From positions 43,338,001 through 43,402,000 of the forward strand of contig OZ260661.1 in the NCBI GenBank assembly GCA_965285935.1: a stretch of 64,000 nt of DNA, in the 5' to 3' direction. The notes below the pieces were generated by a model. The model saw only the letters and a program-made list of their open reading frames with translations. It searched no databases and had not been told where the DNA came from. Position numbers and translations under genes: made by a program. Of this stretch, positions 16,101 to 31,146 are shown piece by piece. Origin of the DNA: Ophelia neglecta (taxonomy: Eukaryota). The number at the start of each line of letters is the position of its first letter. Position 1 is the first letter of the stretch.

Positions 16101-18385
16101 TCACTGCTAGGGGATTGCCCTGATGTGTATGTGATGTAAAACAGAATGCGTCTTGCAGGAGCCAAACTTTTATCACGGCATGTCGCAGGACTCGGTGCGA
16201 TGTTTAAACAATTTAGGAAAGTTTAAAACCAGGAAAAGCTTTAAAGTGGGAGAAAAAGTCTCTTGTTGATAAACAGCACAGGCCAAAATCTAAAACTTTT
16301 ATTTTATTTTTGCTTACCCATTCCACATAAAGTTGATGTTTGTAACATGGTTTGCAATTTCAGAATTTGAAGATCACTTGTTTCCAGATTTTAGAAAATA
16401 GTTACTTGAGTGTTTTAAATGAAGTACAGGGAGTGCTTGGCACAAGGGTGCTTTCAAGTAACAAAATACTATGGAATCTTGTTTAATGATGGGGTTATGA
16501 GCACCCCAACAGAAGTGAACTGTGCATAGTTTACACAGATTAAACCTTTATGATCCTGTAATCTACAGCTGTATGATGAACTGATATTTGTGGTACTTGA
16601 ATTATGTGTTTGATGATTGAACTAAATATTATCATATGATTCATTACATTTAAAAAAACCAGTATGGCTGTGCTTGTTTATGTACATGTCATTGCTTTTC
16701 CATGACACACAAAAATGAGCTGAAGTTTTATCTCTAGCTTTACAACCAGTTGCTTCTACTAGTTTTTATGCAGGACAACTGTGGTGAAGACTGACCTATG
16801 AGCATGAAGAAAGGGATGAAGCCCAGACTCAGATTGGTAGGCACATTTTTGGCCATGAATAAAGTTTCTTGATTGATAGCATGCAGTGTATGGCAACAAC
16901 TGCAAAATTAATCAGTTTTTGTTATGCAGTCAGACTAGAGTTTGCTACATTATACACAATTTGTTAATTACTTCCCCCCAGGAAATTTTTGCAGACATTT
17001 CCCCACAGGCAAGATCTGTCTTTATTTCATGTTTGGATGTTCGGTTTCATTATGAAGGTGTGTTTTTGGCTGATCCCCATAGTGTGATTTATGTGTTGGG
17101 TAGTTAGCCAATGATGTCTAATGTACAGCTGCGTTCTACTGAGTGCAACCTTGTCATGTGTCAAACATCACCCCATAAAACAAGGTTAAATCGATTGATG
17201 CCAAATACCGTAGGTGTTTTGGAAACAGAAAGTGTAATACCTCGGGTGAAAGGGATGAGGTGTGCTGTTACATACTAAACTTGGTATATGGTAAAAGACG
17301 AGGAGACATGGGATGTATAGCTGCTTCCAATGTGTCCAGGACGTGTAGTCTGGGAGTGATGTCTGCAAATTACTTCAACTCTTTAAGTCAATGGGAAAGG
17401 ATATATAAGATTAATAAACACCCAGTGGCACATTAAGGAAAAAGCTTATCATATATAAAACACCTCTACTGCTCACTCAAAACCTCTAGGAGCATTAACC
17501 TGGTGAACTTTATGATAATTAGATTAGGGTTAAGCCTGATTTAGATGGTATGTGCCTGAGATAATCTCTAACTCAACCATTAGGTATTATTTATATAGTA
17601 TGAACATGTAGTAGTTATGTCTCGTACCCTTGGAGAAGGCCTTTTTCTTTTGTTTTGTGTATATTATTTGCTGTGAGCAATGTCGTAATGACTTCATTCC
17701 AGCAACTTATGCTATCCACAAAGTAGTCATAAAAATGACATGTGACTAAAGGTCAGTAAGTTCTATAAGAAACCGAGATATTAGGTATATTTAAAGCCTA
17801 TTTTTCCAACTCACTCGGCATGGTTATGCCAGGTTTTTTATGTTAGCTAGACCTAGATGGCCTTGTGCCCATTTAAAAGTCAGACTGTCTCCGTTCTCAC
17901 TCCCAACTTGTACCGTAATCAAATTTGTCAGCCCACTCAAATTTTGCATAGAATTGTCAAAAACTTGAGTTGGATCTTTGTCTCCTCTGTTCAAGTCATT
18001 ATGGCGGTGTGGGTTCTGGATGGCATTGTGTCTTATCTCCATTTGACACCGCTTCACGGAAATTGTATTCACATGGCCAGTTATGATGGATGAGGGAAGA
18101 AAAATTCTTATTATCATTCTCCTATCCATCCTGTGGCAAATTTACAGAGAGTGTGAATATTTTTGTATCCTTCTGATGGCAATCGTGGACCTGGTTTGAT
18201 GAAAACTGGCTCCTAGGGGCAATGTTGGTTAGTTAATGCAGATATTTTTAGAGGCCAAGCGATTATTGATCACTGATTTGCTGCAGTTTTCACCCTCCGC
18301 TGAGAATTCATATCTGATGAACTTCATGAAAGCCGTCTATAGATGTTATATTTCCTGCAGTCATGAAATGTATGAGTATAATTCA

Positions 18386-18471
18386 CATTCTCATCATGAA
18401 CAAAATGGATACGAGTCTGCTAGTGTTCCATCCTAATCATGAACAAAATGAATATGAGACTAGTCCTGTGC
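18386..18471. repeat. Degenerate 43-bp tandem repeat (2 copies, trace of a third)
   Basis: ATCATGAACAAAATG(G/A)ATA(C/T)GAG core repeated 43 nt apart. Confidence 0.75.
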
Positions 18472-21400
18472 TCATTGGAGGGGGAAAACAAAAAAGATAT
18501 GAGACAGCTCCTCGCAGTGGGATCCTAGGTAGAGAAATTGCCATGAAAGGCAATTTGCAATACTCCGATTAACCTTCATTGTTGCTTAGGAATGAGTGCT
18601 GTCAAGTTTTTATGAGGCACAAATCAAGCCTTGATGGTTGAGGAGCGACTGTTATGTGACTGCTATGAATGTTTAGAGTTCCACTTTGACAGGGGAGGTG
18701 AGATTACTGCCCAGTTACACAAATGGTAAGGCATGCCAGCACCCTTCCCAGGCGGAGAACCCAAATCTTCCTCACATCTAATTGAATCTTCTTAAATTGT
18801 GCCCAATCAGATAACACCACTGGATAATTGGTTGTTGAAAAGTGTGTCAATAAAACAACTTGCACTCATATGATTGTGTCTAAAGATGGTTGTCTTAGTT
18901 TAGAATATGCTTTATAAACTACAAAAAATAATAATATACCAGCAAATGACATATGTAAGTACATGTAATCATGCACAGCACAAAAGCGGAAAATACCTAT
19001 CATGTTAAATTTTCGCCATTGACCCTTGGGAGTGGCTGAAACTGTGTTAAAGTAAAGTAGCTCAAATATTTAGACATGTGGCCTGTCTGAGGGTTTCTTG
19101 GATGGCCTGATTTACTGTGGGAAATGGGCCACCTTGCTTCAACAGGCTCTTGGTGTTGGGAAGGAGATCGAGTGTGGAGAGATATAAATGGAGTCTAATC
19201 TTCAAAGTGAGAAAATGCCTGGGCAAAAAACAAATGTGGTAAAAGCATAGCAAATGTTGCTTGAAAGTACAATTTAGTGCTTATTGAGCGAAAAGAGAGA
19301 AAAATTGCAGCAAATTGTAGTCTGCAAACATAAAGATTACAGGCTGCATTTGATATTTTTCATTGGATTTTTTTTCTTATGAACAGACCTCCCCAAGTCC
19401 TGTGTGATTTGCCCATGATGTCTTTTACAAATGGATAGTGCTCTTTTTATAATGAAATTATTTAATTCTATTACTCAAAATAATGTCATGGAGACATATT
19501 TCCCCACAATTTATGTGGGCATATATCAGTTTCCAGTGCATTCTTGGAGATTCAGCTGTTTGGAGCAGCATTTAACAGAGATAAGACTGTATTTATGATA
19601 TCATTGAAGAAAATCTGGGTAACAAGATCAAACTTGTTGTATGAGGGCATAATAGAGTAACTCCATGCGAGCTGAGGCCATCCAGGTCTTAGGAGCTCTG
19701 GGTAGATACCAAAGTTGTGCCTTTCTAATGTTTTATTTGTTGCAGCCTTCACCTCCTAGCTCCAGAGTATGCAGATAGCCTTTGAATCAGCACCGTGTGA
19801 TCAAAGAGCAGAGCTGTTATTATCCAAGACTGGGGATTTTACTCTTTAGGTGGCACAGTGCGAGCTTTTCCCCCCTTGAGGGCAGGAGGGGGATTAAGCT
19901 TCTGCTAGGGCACAGTAGACTCTCTAGGGGGGGGGGGGGGGTAAATGTTCTGAGGGGAAATCATATCTTTTGATTTTTCATCATTACTAAAAGTTTCTTT
20001 CATTATCCTGCCAGTTTTCCACATATTATTTAGCAGACGGTCATTGTAGGAATATTGGTGGTGAGAATTCTTAAAATATGTTGATGGTATGTACTGTATA
20101 TTCCGATCATAATTTATCATTACCATGGCAACTAATGGTTATTGGATATAATGGCTTGATATTGGGTGTATAGCTACATGTCATCTTGAAGGCAGTTACT
20201 ATGGAAAAGTAAAAAATGACAGGATAATCAAAACTTTTTCTTCTATCTGTATCATTTCTCATCAAACTGAAATCATAAACAGACAGTGTCTGGCTGCTGT
20301 TCATTCATTTTATATGTATTCACCCACTAAGTTGTCACCAGCTGCCATCTCATTGTTTGACATTGTATATCCGTTCACAATTCAACTTGCCATTACAAAA
20401 TAGATAGGGGTTCTCTAACCAGACAGTAGTTTATAAACTGGAGAGGGAAATAGCCGGCCAGCTATTTACCTACACAGCTCTGATTGAGACAAGGTGAGAA
20501 GAGGTGACCCTCTTGACCAAGATTTGTGGGCAGAGTGAAGAAATCCTGTGTTTTAAAGAAACCAGGGAACATCACATATCAGTGAATAAATCAAAGTAGA
20601 TTGATTCTGCTGCTGGGGGTGGGCTGACCAGTGGTGAAGGTTACACACATGTACAAGCCATTAGATCATCCTGTTAATGCAGTACACAAACATGGTACAA
20701 AGTTACTTTCTTCAAGACATATTTCTTTTTCGAAACAATTCACTAGATGGATTGGGAATAGTCATATGTGATATTTACATGTATGCCATGACTGTCCACA
20801 TTCCCACTGCACATATTATGATTGTCTTGTAATTCTTGGAATTTTAGGATGTTGTTAGCTTAGCAGTTGGATAAGCATGAAAAGGCCAATAAATACCATG
20901 AGATTAAAAAGAAAATTAAACTTGGCCATGTGGCCAGTGAACATAAGCCATGGAAACTCTACTGGGGTCAGTGAAAAGCCATGAGATCTTAGCCAAGCTC
21001 ATCTAGGATGCAGCTGGGTTTGCTAGTCATGTCCAGCTCATCCCTTTCCTCAAATCATTCAAGATGGCCTTGCTTGTAGCTCTTGAATGGTATATACTCT
21101 TCTGTATTCAGAGTTGTGGTGAACTATGTTGGTGCACCAAAGTAGAATCAGCCATCTGTTATAACAAGACACTACAAAATATAAAAAGTTGACAATCTTC
21201 TTGCACATTTAGAGTAAATTGTCAACATGTGCGTGATACATAGACTTTGTTTAGACAGGAGACTGTACTTAGTCTAGTAAAATAAGTATAGTTTTAATGC
21301 TAAAGGCAGGTGGAGGTGTTTAATTTTGAGAGGATCATTTATTCATTTGAGTGTGGCACTCTCCACTGGTGGCTAGGGTTGCGGCCACTTGTGGTCCTTA

Positions 21401-24313
21401 AAGCTGGACACTACAATCTATTTATTGCATTCACTAGTCTTATTTCTACCTTAATTAGCAAGTGTGCCCTGAACAGCAGTGTGACTCTCCAAACCTTCAT
21501 GACAAAGGTAAGAAAATAAGATGGCTAATTATCTTGCTGGACAGTCTTGTAGGTGACTTCTACATGTAGGTGACTGGGCACCAGCTTTTACTTATTTGGA
21601 TGTTGGTTTGTGACAGAGAAGATCTATTTGGTATGTTGTACACTGATGACAAGTAAGCCAGCTGCTTTGATGATTTCCACTTGTGTCGACCAGCAGCAGG
21701 GGCAATTGTAGGGCCATTTTCTTAAACCAGACACCCCTCAAGGTCACAGCAGTTGACCTCGGGGCGCCTAACCTGACCCCTCCATAACAGCACCCCCACA
21801 CGTCAGGCATCACCCCACATGGCTGTGAGTACATAAACAGACGCCAGCGCTATCTTTGAAGCACTCTACAGTTTCCCTGAAGGCTGGAGCTGTGTACCAT
21901 TTAAAACAATAACAATTTTATTACCAAACTTTCTCTAGTATATTTATAGGTGCCTTTAATGGAGCCTTTGCCTCGTTGCCTGCAGTATATTCACTCAGTC
22001 ATTAGTTTCCTCTTGACATCTGTATGTGAGCACAATATCTCAGTCTGTTGTGACCTTTTCCAGATTATAAGGGCAGTGTTTTCAGTTATCTCAGTTTTAG
22101 TCTTGTTTTTGTTTGCAATAAACTCTAGCATCTTAGTGTGTATATGAACACAGGCATAAGTAATCTGCTCGTTAGATACCTTAAAACCATTGCCATTAGC
22201 TAAGTACACCGATGCTACTGAGAATTCCTAAGTACTAGTTCAGGTCAGTCCACCAGTTTGTTTGGTGAGCTGAGAGTTACAAGTAAACAAGGGTCAGTTT
22301 GAGTATGCTGAGGAAAGGTTGCTACCATATCTTATATCTGCTGGTAAAAGCAGCTCTGATTCCACAAATCGTGGTGGTGCCCCCTGTTTGAGTCAATAGT
22401 ATTATCTGCCATACTGCTAATCTGGTTTATGGACTACAGGATGCCTGCCATTAGGATAAATGATTTGAGATTGTGTTTGGCATCGCTGCATTTTGATTTG
22501 ATTCAGACGTCTATCATTGAGTATGAGAAATGAGTCATATACAAGATAGAAAAATACTGTCTGTATGAAAAGGACAACCATGCATGTTCTTGCAATTAAA
22601 TATACTAAATCAATTATTCGCGCATATGAGTCATCTTTCTGAAACTTCCTGACACATGATAGAGTATAATATCAAACTGCTGTGGGATTTCTGATTTGTA
22701 ACTTTTTGTTCCAGGAAAAGAAAACAAGTCTAGCTGACAGTTTCTACATTACTGTGTCAGTCAACAGGAAGCTGAAGTAACTCCCTTGGCCTCTGCCTCT
22801 AATAGGCTCACTGGTTTTTTTAAACAACAGATGAATTGACACGTTTTTGGTGACTTGTGAAACATGCACTGTAGATGGTTTTAAGTAAGGCAGCATGTTA
22901 GACAGCATTTGGGGAGATTTTTATGCCAAAGGTGGAATTTAAGTTGTCAAGTAAAGGAGTCTGGTGTTATTACAAACTCAGATGATTGCCAATTAGGTAT
23001 AGGGAGAGCATGGAATTACTACATATGTAATGTTTTATTTATTATGTAGTGTATAACTAATAAAGCACAGCTCTTTGAAGTTTGTTCACCAATTGCCAAC
23101 ATTTTGTGCCAATTTAGCTTTAGTTTTTCCCTGAGTCATTGTGAATAATGTTTTAAGTGTTAGTTCTGATTGGAGTTTGACACCTGATTAGAGCGAGTGG
23201 TTGTAAATCTGTCCAACTGTGGCATGTAAACATGTGATACCCTTCTAGAAATGAGAGACTTGAGTTTGTTATGTTTGAATTGCACTGCTGATTGTATTGC
23301 TATTGCTAAAAATATCATTTACAGTGAGAAAATAAGTTTTAGGTTATCCCAGATATCCATAGTAATGCACAATTTTTGTTTTTAAACAAGTTCACAGTTG
23401 ACATTAAATAGAAATACTGACTGTATATTGGTGTTGTTGAACAGGAATTGGAATTGATACCAAAATAGAAGAGTGTTACACAACATGTTACATCATGTGA
23501 GAAATTGAGATTGCAAAAAGGGACATTAAAATCTGTTCAAGTTACGTTTTCCATCTGAATGGACCTTCGGTTCATTGATTTAAGGTTATGTAAAGTAGGA
23601 GTGCACTAGATAAGGTTTTGAGAAGGATGTGATTTACACTCCTAACAATTGTGTTTTCATGTTAAATGTAGTTTTGTGCAGAGTCGGCAACTTGACCTCA
23701 GTAATCTTTGTCAATGGCTGTCCCATTCATCAAAAGTGAACCAGGAGATACTGGCCTTGGCTTGCCATAAACTTATACTCAATCAATTTGTTTCTACTAG
23801 ATTTCTTCACAGGCATGTCCAAAGGAATCATCTTTTCCTGTCTTAATAGGAGAAAAATTGCTTAAATATATCATGAGACAATGGCAATATTTTTCTGAAT
23901 TTATTTAGTAGACGCTCAGCTAAACACAGTTGCATGTGTTACATATATTATCTTTCTAGCCTGTATACTATTCTTGGAAAATATATTGTTTATTTACTCA
24001 AACGGTTGTTCATCATCGGCAACTTAACTATTCCTTAATATCCCTGTGGCACTCATCATTTTACCATTACACATGTCAAATACACATGGCCTTTAGTTAG
24101 GCCAGTTTCTATTCTGTTTTTCACTATGTATAGCCCATGCTGATTGAGAGATCTTTTATTTCTAAACGACAAGGACAACCTGTTTACTTTTGTTGGTCAT
24201 TTGGAAATATTTGTTGGAAATTGCTTGACATTCACTTGGCAATTTAGCACCATGTGTGCTATAAATGGTAGGGGCTATGTACTTGTATGTCACCAGTAAA
24301 CAGCAGGGCTAAC

Positions 24314-24417
24314 CACCTGTGTTCACTACCTGTGTTCACTACATGTGTTCACTACCAGTGTTCACCACCTGTGTTTACTACCTGTGTTCACTACCTGTGT
24401 TCACTACCAGTGTTCAC
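24314..24417. repeat. Minisatellite, 13-bp unit (TACCTGTGTTCAC) x8
   Basis: Eight contiguous units read directly; variants recur with 4-unit periodicity. Confidence 0.95.
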
Positions 24418-24628
24418 TGTCTTATCAAAGCAGTCCTTTAAAAAGTGAAAGTTCTGGTAGAATGTCTAAGGACAATATAAACTCCCGAGGTTGATCTCAG
24501 ATCAAAAGATCACAATGACCTGCTATCCACCTAATAACTTACTCTCCATATTTCATTAACACCAACTACTGCTATATGCGATAACAGTATAATGATAAAT
24601 TCATCATTCACTAACACCATTTCTGAAG

Positions 24629-24989
24629 CCTTATTGGCTGTTCTGTAACCTTAGATTCTGTTTAGTTGGTCTTTATTGGATTCTGTTTAGCTGGCCCTTA
24701 TTAGCTGTTCTGTGACCATTGACTTTGTTTGGCTTGTCCATATCGGCTGTTCTATGACCTTAGATTGTGTTTAGCTGGTCCTTATTGGCTGTTCTGTGAC
24801 CGTAGGTTCTGTTAAGCTGTTCCTTATTGGCTGTTCTGTGACCCTAAATTGTGTTTAGCTGGATCCTATTGGCTGTTCTGTGACCCTAGATTGTGTTTAG
24901 GTGGTCCTTATTGGCTGTTCTATGACCCTAGATATTGTTAAGCTGGTCCATATTGGCTGTTCTGTGACCTAAGATTCTGTTTAGCTGAT
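24629..24989. repeat. Minisatellite, 42-bp unit (CCTTATTGGCTGTTCTGTGACCTTAGATTCTGTTTAGCTGGT), 8 full + 1 internally deleted copy
   Basis: Units aligned by eye, each with a few substitutions. Confidence 0.95.
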
Positions 24990-27900
24990 TGTAGCAGAAG
25001 CATACTGGAAATTCACGATATGGGGAGTCTGTAAGTAGTTTAACTGGATGTTAAAGCAGCATTAAAAGACGCTAACAAATCCTTGTCCTTGTAGAAAGAT
25101 TTTTACAAGTACAGGAGCTACAACAAGCCAGTCACTGTGTTGGGAAAGCAATCAAAATGATTCTTACGTTGAAGGCCAAAATGATTTATCAATATTTGTA
25201 CTAAAAAAATCCAAACCCCAAGTAATTTTGCAGGGATCGATTTTTGGATATTTCCAAACCTGCAGGAGTGAATTTGAATGGCACTGAAATGCTGCTGTTT
25301 ACAAAAAAAACCTGTTATTCAAGAAATTGAAAGTAGCGTATAAAGTTGAGATCAGTTTAAGCTACCCCTCTTTATGAGTGACCCTGCAGATGAGAGACAA
25401 AATAGCATAATAGTTTAAAGTAAAAAGATGGAATTAATTTTTGAGAAGCGCAGATGACAGTTGCCAGTTCAGTGGTTGGGTCTCCACCGGGGTACATGTA
25501 TTGAGAGAGTATGTACATGACTGGTACAACAGCGCTGGACACCACCTGATCTATATGTTATTGCCTGGACTTATCAAAGCACTGGCCAGGTTAAGCCAGG
25601 CCACTTCACACAGAGCCCTGGGACCAGTTTTAACTTTCCTGTACATCCTTCCCCGTACTGTGACTTTTTATTCATTGGTTTTGGCTCCAGCCAACTTAAC
25701 AAAATTGAGGTCGCAGCACATCCCATAAGGCTTTAGAAATGGATGCCATTTACATGTACCTAGATTTGAGTCAGGCCTTTGTCTCCTGTGTCCCACAGGC
25801 AACTCCCTCTGAAACTGTCAAAACCTGCAGTGACAGGTAAATTTAATCAGTGGCTTTCATCTTTTCTGCAAAATAGGATACAACATGATGTAGACAAAGA
25901 TAACCTTGGTAGACTGTTATCAGTGGTGTGCCTCAGGGCTCAATAGTTTGCCCACTATTGTGTTTGTTGTATGTGAATAACCATCTGGATGGTAATGTTT
26001 TCTACCTGTAAAATGTTTGCAGATAATACCAAGCTTTACAGGGAAACTAATATTGATTATGATTTGAATTAACTGGCAGCTTGGTCAAGATGGTGGTAAT
26101 TAAGGCAGAAATATGTGTGGTACTAAGAATATGATCACCTCTGGAAAGCTTAATAGTTAACATGGCCATGAAGTCATGGAGGTTTAATCCCTGAAGGATC
26201 TAGCCATGCTTGTGTCAAATCATCTCATTCCAAGTTGGGACATACAAGTATATGTAGCTGCAGCTTGCAAAAAAGCAAGTCAGCCATTGGGAACAATCTG
26301 ACGATGTTATACTCATCTTCCATCATCAAAACTCACTCATTTATACAAGACTATTATGACCTTTGCTGGAATATATTTAAACCCACATGGGTACTGTGGC
26401 TTCAAAAGGACATTATCATGTTGGCGTTGGTTCAGTCAACCTATATACTCATGTACACAGTGAATGACAAACTCGAGCCATTTAATATTTGTTATGCCTG
26501 GACTGATTTAGTTTTTGAGTGGGCCAGCCTAAGTCCAATTCTTCTCAATATTTGTGCTTCCCTTAACCTGCTAAACTCATAGGGGACTCCTGCAAACTCT
26601 TTAAACCCTGTGCTATCCAGGATCTTTAGAAAAACTACTTCAGTGTATCCCTATGGAACACACCTGCCAATGTGTGTGTGAGTGTGGGGGGGGAGGCATT
26701 AGACAAATATGGTTGTTACATATCCAGTAAAAGTTCTATAAGAATGCTGCAAAGCTTGCAAAAATTACAGATAAAATTTCTAAGAAGGTGAGCAAAATTG
26801 TTATTTATTGCCACTTCTGTTTTCAACTTGATAATATATCGCTTCTCAAGCTGAGGCCAAATGAACAAAAATGTGTCTGGAATCTTCTGGGAATTATGAC
26901 ATCATAGTAATGTCAACCTGGTTTACTATGGAGTGAATTGCCACGAAAGGAGTATGATGTTTTTACCTCCACAAAGAGAGCTAATGACACCTCTTATCCT
27001 TTTGGCCTTAGCACGTCTTTTTTACAAATTATAACACCTCTGAGTGTCTTTGTATAATAAGCCACTAATGAACTGATAAATGTATTCTCATAAACAATGG
27101 ACCATTGCCGTCACTTGTCAATTAATTCCTTGCTCCATCAATATCCTTGCAATGGGTTTGAAATAAACATGTTTAAGTAGCTGTTTTGATGATACAAAAT
27201 AAACAAAAATGTATACTATCAAATATTTAGATTAATGAGTATTGTCAATTGCATAAATTACTTTTGAATGCCAGTTTTCAATGGCTATCACAAGGATAAA
27301 AGGGAGCATCTAATTTTAAGCTGCCAGTTAACCTATTCTAGGTGTATCATTGACAATGCCTAGTATTCTATACTAGGCACTAAGACACCCACTGTTTTCC
27401 GTAGCATACACTATGTTAAATGTTAAAATTTGGTGGAATGAGCTGGCTAAACTTTATTGATATGAACTGAAGATATGACTATGGGTATTTTTCATCCTTC
27501 TCCTGCTCTACATAATATGTCATACTAAGACTTTAGTATCCACAGGGGACATATCAGTCTAAATTAATGTGTGGCAGCACTGCTGTGACATCCTTTTGAC
27601 TGTCATATGGCCACAACCATGGTCTTAGAAATCCTATGATATTATCTGAACGACTTCAGCTACAGATCCCAGTGTCATGGCTGTGTACTGCAGCATAGCA
27701 TACGGAAAGTTCTTGGATGGTATTGCTCTTTTTCTTATGTTTTTTTGGGCCCCTGGATTGTCATGAAAGTTCAGAGTATGGGATTACATTTGTCAAATAA
27801 TTATAGAATGCGTATGACCTGACTGATTGCCGGTCAGGGGGACACACAGGGACGATCTGAAATGTACTCTCATCAGAACATCACTCCTAACAGACCACTG

Positions 27901-30900
27901 TATGTTAGCAACAACAATAATATGTAGTTAGTTATCCCAAGAGGGTTGGAACAGGTTCTGGGTCAGAATTTATTGCCTCTTTACCAGATATTATTGCAGC
28001 CCTCTTGGGTATTTGTAATTTTGCAGAAATGAATTAGCCTAGAAAGCTGGAGCCAGTTGCAGTCAATACATCTCATTTGATGTCTTGATGGGGCAGGAGA
28101 TGCCAAAACAGGTTATAACTAGCCTCTTAGCATAGCTTTTCTCCTATAAATTATCACCTAAGGGAAGTTATGAGTTTCCCTTGTTGCAAGTATGCCAGTT
28201 TTCAATACATCATGATTAAGACACCCCATGATGACCTGGTGATCTGGGCATGTCTACACCATGAAACTAGTTAGCCAGAAGGATGGTGCCCCCATGCATA
28301 CCACAACCACATTTGCAGAAAATGTGCTGAAATATGAGCCAAAGGAGAATGGAAATATGTGATCATTATGATTGCACTTTTCCCCAAAACTCCCATCCTG
28401 ATACAGACTATTTATGATGCCAGTTGAAAAAGATAAATACAGTGATGGGCCTTTTTGTAGCAATTGCAGCTGCACCTGTTCTGATTTGCGAAGAAATCTG
28501 CTGACAAAAAAATGCTGACGGAAATCAAATGTTTGGATCTGTCTCTGACTCCCTAGAAGTGTGATGGTGCACACTGGTTGTGGGCTGGCTTCCAAGGGCC
28601 TTCTACTCATTACACATAATCTAACAAAGTTCATGGCATCCACAAGAAATAGATGGTGTATTTTTTATGAGGTACAGTATTTGTGATTTCAGCCCTCTAC
28701 ATATCTAGGCCCTTGAGCTGGTATAAACAAGCCCGGCTGCCAGGAAGAGTTGACACTTTCCCACGACCCTTCCCTACCAGAGAACCCATCCCGACTACTA
28801 CTTGCCTGGCTCTCGACAGGTAGGCAGTGAACATAAATCAGGTGCCACTCCGGTTGTCAGGTCCCCAGCTGAGAGCTGTATGGCTGACTGCCTGGCTGAC
28901 TTCAACTCAAACTATAGGCTCTCAGGGTGAAGTCATACTGCAAATACATGATGTAGATGTACTTAGATAGGAATTGGCATTAATGTCAAAAGTTCTCCCT
29001 ATGTTTTGTTTCCATTTTGACTAGCAGTGATCTCAAAAATAAAAATTCTGGTGCCCTGCCATCTCATAATTCGTCTTTTCCGGTGGACAAGAAAGTTGAG
29101 CATACGCTATTGGTTTTACTTTTATTCTGATAACCTACACTTGGGACTCATTTAGCTGCTCTGATATGTTGTGTTAGCCATATTTCTTCTCATGATGATA
29201 AGATAGAAATATTATACTGATACTAATGGTACATTTGAGCGAGCTCTAAACCACCTACTTGTAATCTTGTCAGAAGCAAGCAGCAGTTATGTTTTATGAG
29301 TTTGACATTTCCGCTGGATTACAACCAATCCCAGCACAGCAATAGCAATTGACCAACTGATGTATGAACACATGTACATGAATATATTTCACAAAGTTGC
29401 CATTAGTTCTGATTAGTTGGTAAAAACATTATGCAGCTGCTCTGGACCATATTCTAATGGGAATGGGTTCAGAGGAATTCTGAATACACTTTCAAATTGA
29501 AATGGTCCCTTTATTACTGCCATTGTAGCAATATACAACACCCAGGAGAATTATATTCATAAGCACAATGTCCAGTTCTAGCCAAGCAAACATGATAGAT
29601 TTGACAGGTACCACCCCAGTCCTCCATTTTTTCATAAGTGAAGCTTGCATTGTCAAGTGCTTGGTTCTGAGTGGCCAACTTTTTGATTTATTCTCGGGTG
29701 TACCCTGAAGGAGAGTTTGTTCTCTGTGCTGGGAGTTCGCTTCACACAAGCATCTTCCCAACTCATGAATTTCAAGCAGGGAGCCAAACAATTGGAGGGA
29801 GTCCCAATTGTGCCAGTCTGTTCAGATTTGGACAAAAGCTATCAGAGTTGGACACCTCAAGCATGCTTTGCTCTGATAGGGATGCTTTATAAACTCCCTT
29901 CCCAATTTTTTGCATCAGAAAATAGTTCCACTTTGCCACAGTGACACAGATCAGTGGAAGAGCCATGTCAGGGTGGTTGGGGCTGTTTACAGTGTGAGGG
30001 CGTGTAGGTCCTGGGTTTACATTGGACTGTGTGACTGTTAGTTTACACTGTTAATTGAAAGCTATTTCATTGATGTAAATTAGTGGTGCTGGGGGGGGGG
30101 GGAGAGAGGGGGGTCCAAAAAATTAGCAGTGTAGTTGATCTATGTGTTTGTTGCAGGCATTGCCAGTAGAAATGCTTAAAGCCTTGATATAGATGATAGC
30201 AGCCAACTCTCCTGTCAGTGAGAACACCAAAGATGGCCTTAAATTAAGGCAATTTGTGAGGAAAACAGTATGTTGAATGAAAGGTCAAGTGCCAAAGAAA
30301 TATCCTCAAAACACAAAGCTTTGGGAATTCAGCTGTCATTTATCTCTTGGTGGAAAAGCTTTGAAGATTTAAAAATACTAGGAGCTTAAATTGCTCAATA
30401 AATTATGATTTGCAAGCATAATTTATGGGTTTGCATCTCAATTATCACTTTGCTAAAGGTTAGCTGCAAATGTTATATGTTATTATGGCAGGTTTAAACA
30501 TGGTAAAGGTATGTCTTTGAGGTGAGCATGACAGTGGTTGCAGAGATAGTGGAATGTATATGTATGTTCTGGGTGCACAATGCGTATGTGAAAAGTAGGA
30601 ATGAAACTTACAAGAATACCAATTGTAAGAACAAGATACTGTTCATTATTCAATATTTAGAATCTGGTGTGCCTTAAAAGGAAATGAACTCTCCTTGTTT
30701 AATTCAGTTCCTCCACTTTGTCATTCTATTCGATATGATGTATGTTCATCTTTAAAGCTATTTGGTTTCACATCCGGCAGTTCAAATTAAATTCAGTGCT
30801 TTTATTGCTTATACACATATATCCATACATTACCAAATGTTACATATTGCAAATCACTCATTATTATATTCTGTATTTTGTATACCTGTTTCATGAACTG

Positions 30901-31146
30901 GACCCCCATGGTTCTATTCAAGTTTACTTTATAACATTAGATATGAATACACTTTGTAATGTTCACAGCTGAGCCACCCTTCAGAATGAAGATGGTGCTT
31001 TGATTGCAGCCCTATGACATGCTATTGTGCTTCATTTCCTTCAAGTCTGTATCTATCAACTATGTTAGTACCGTTGAGTGACAAGTACTTCCTGTGGCTT
31101 TTAACCACCCCCCAATGTATTGAAAGTGTTTTGATTTCTTTTTCAG

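Noticed and set aside
24314-24989. Repeat arrays as a CRISPR array
   Set aside because: Units are contiguous with no unique spacers, there are no cas genes, and the context is eukaryotic.
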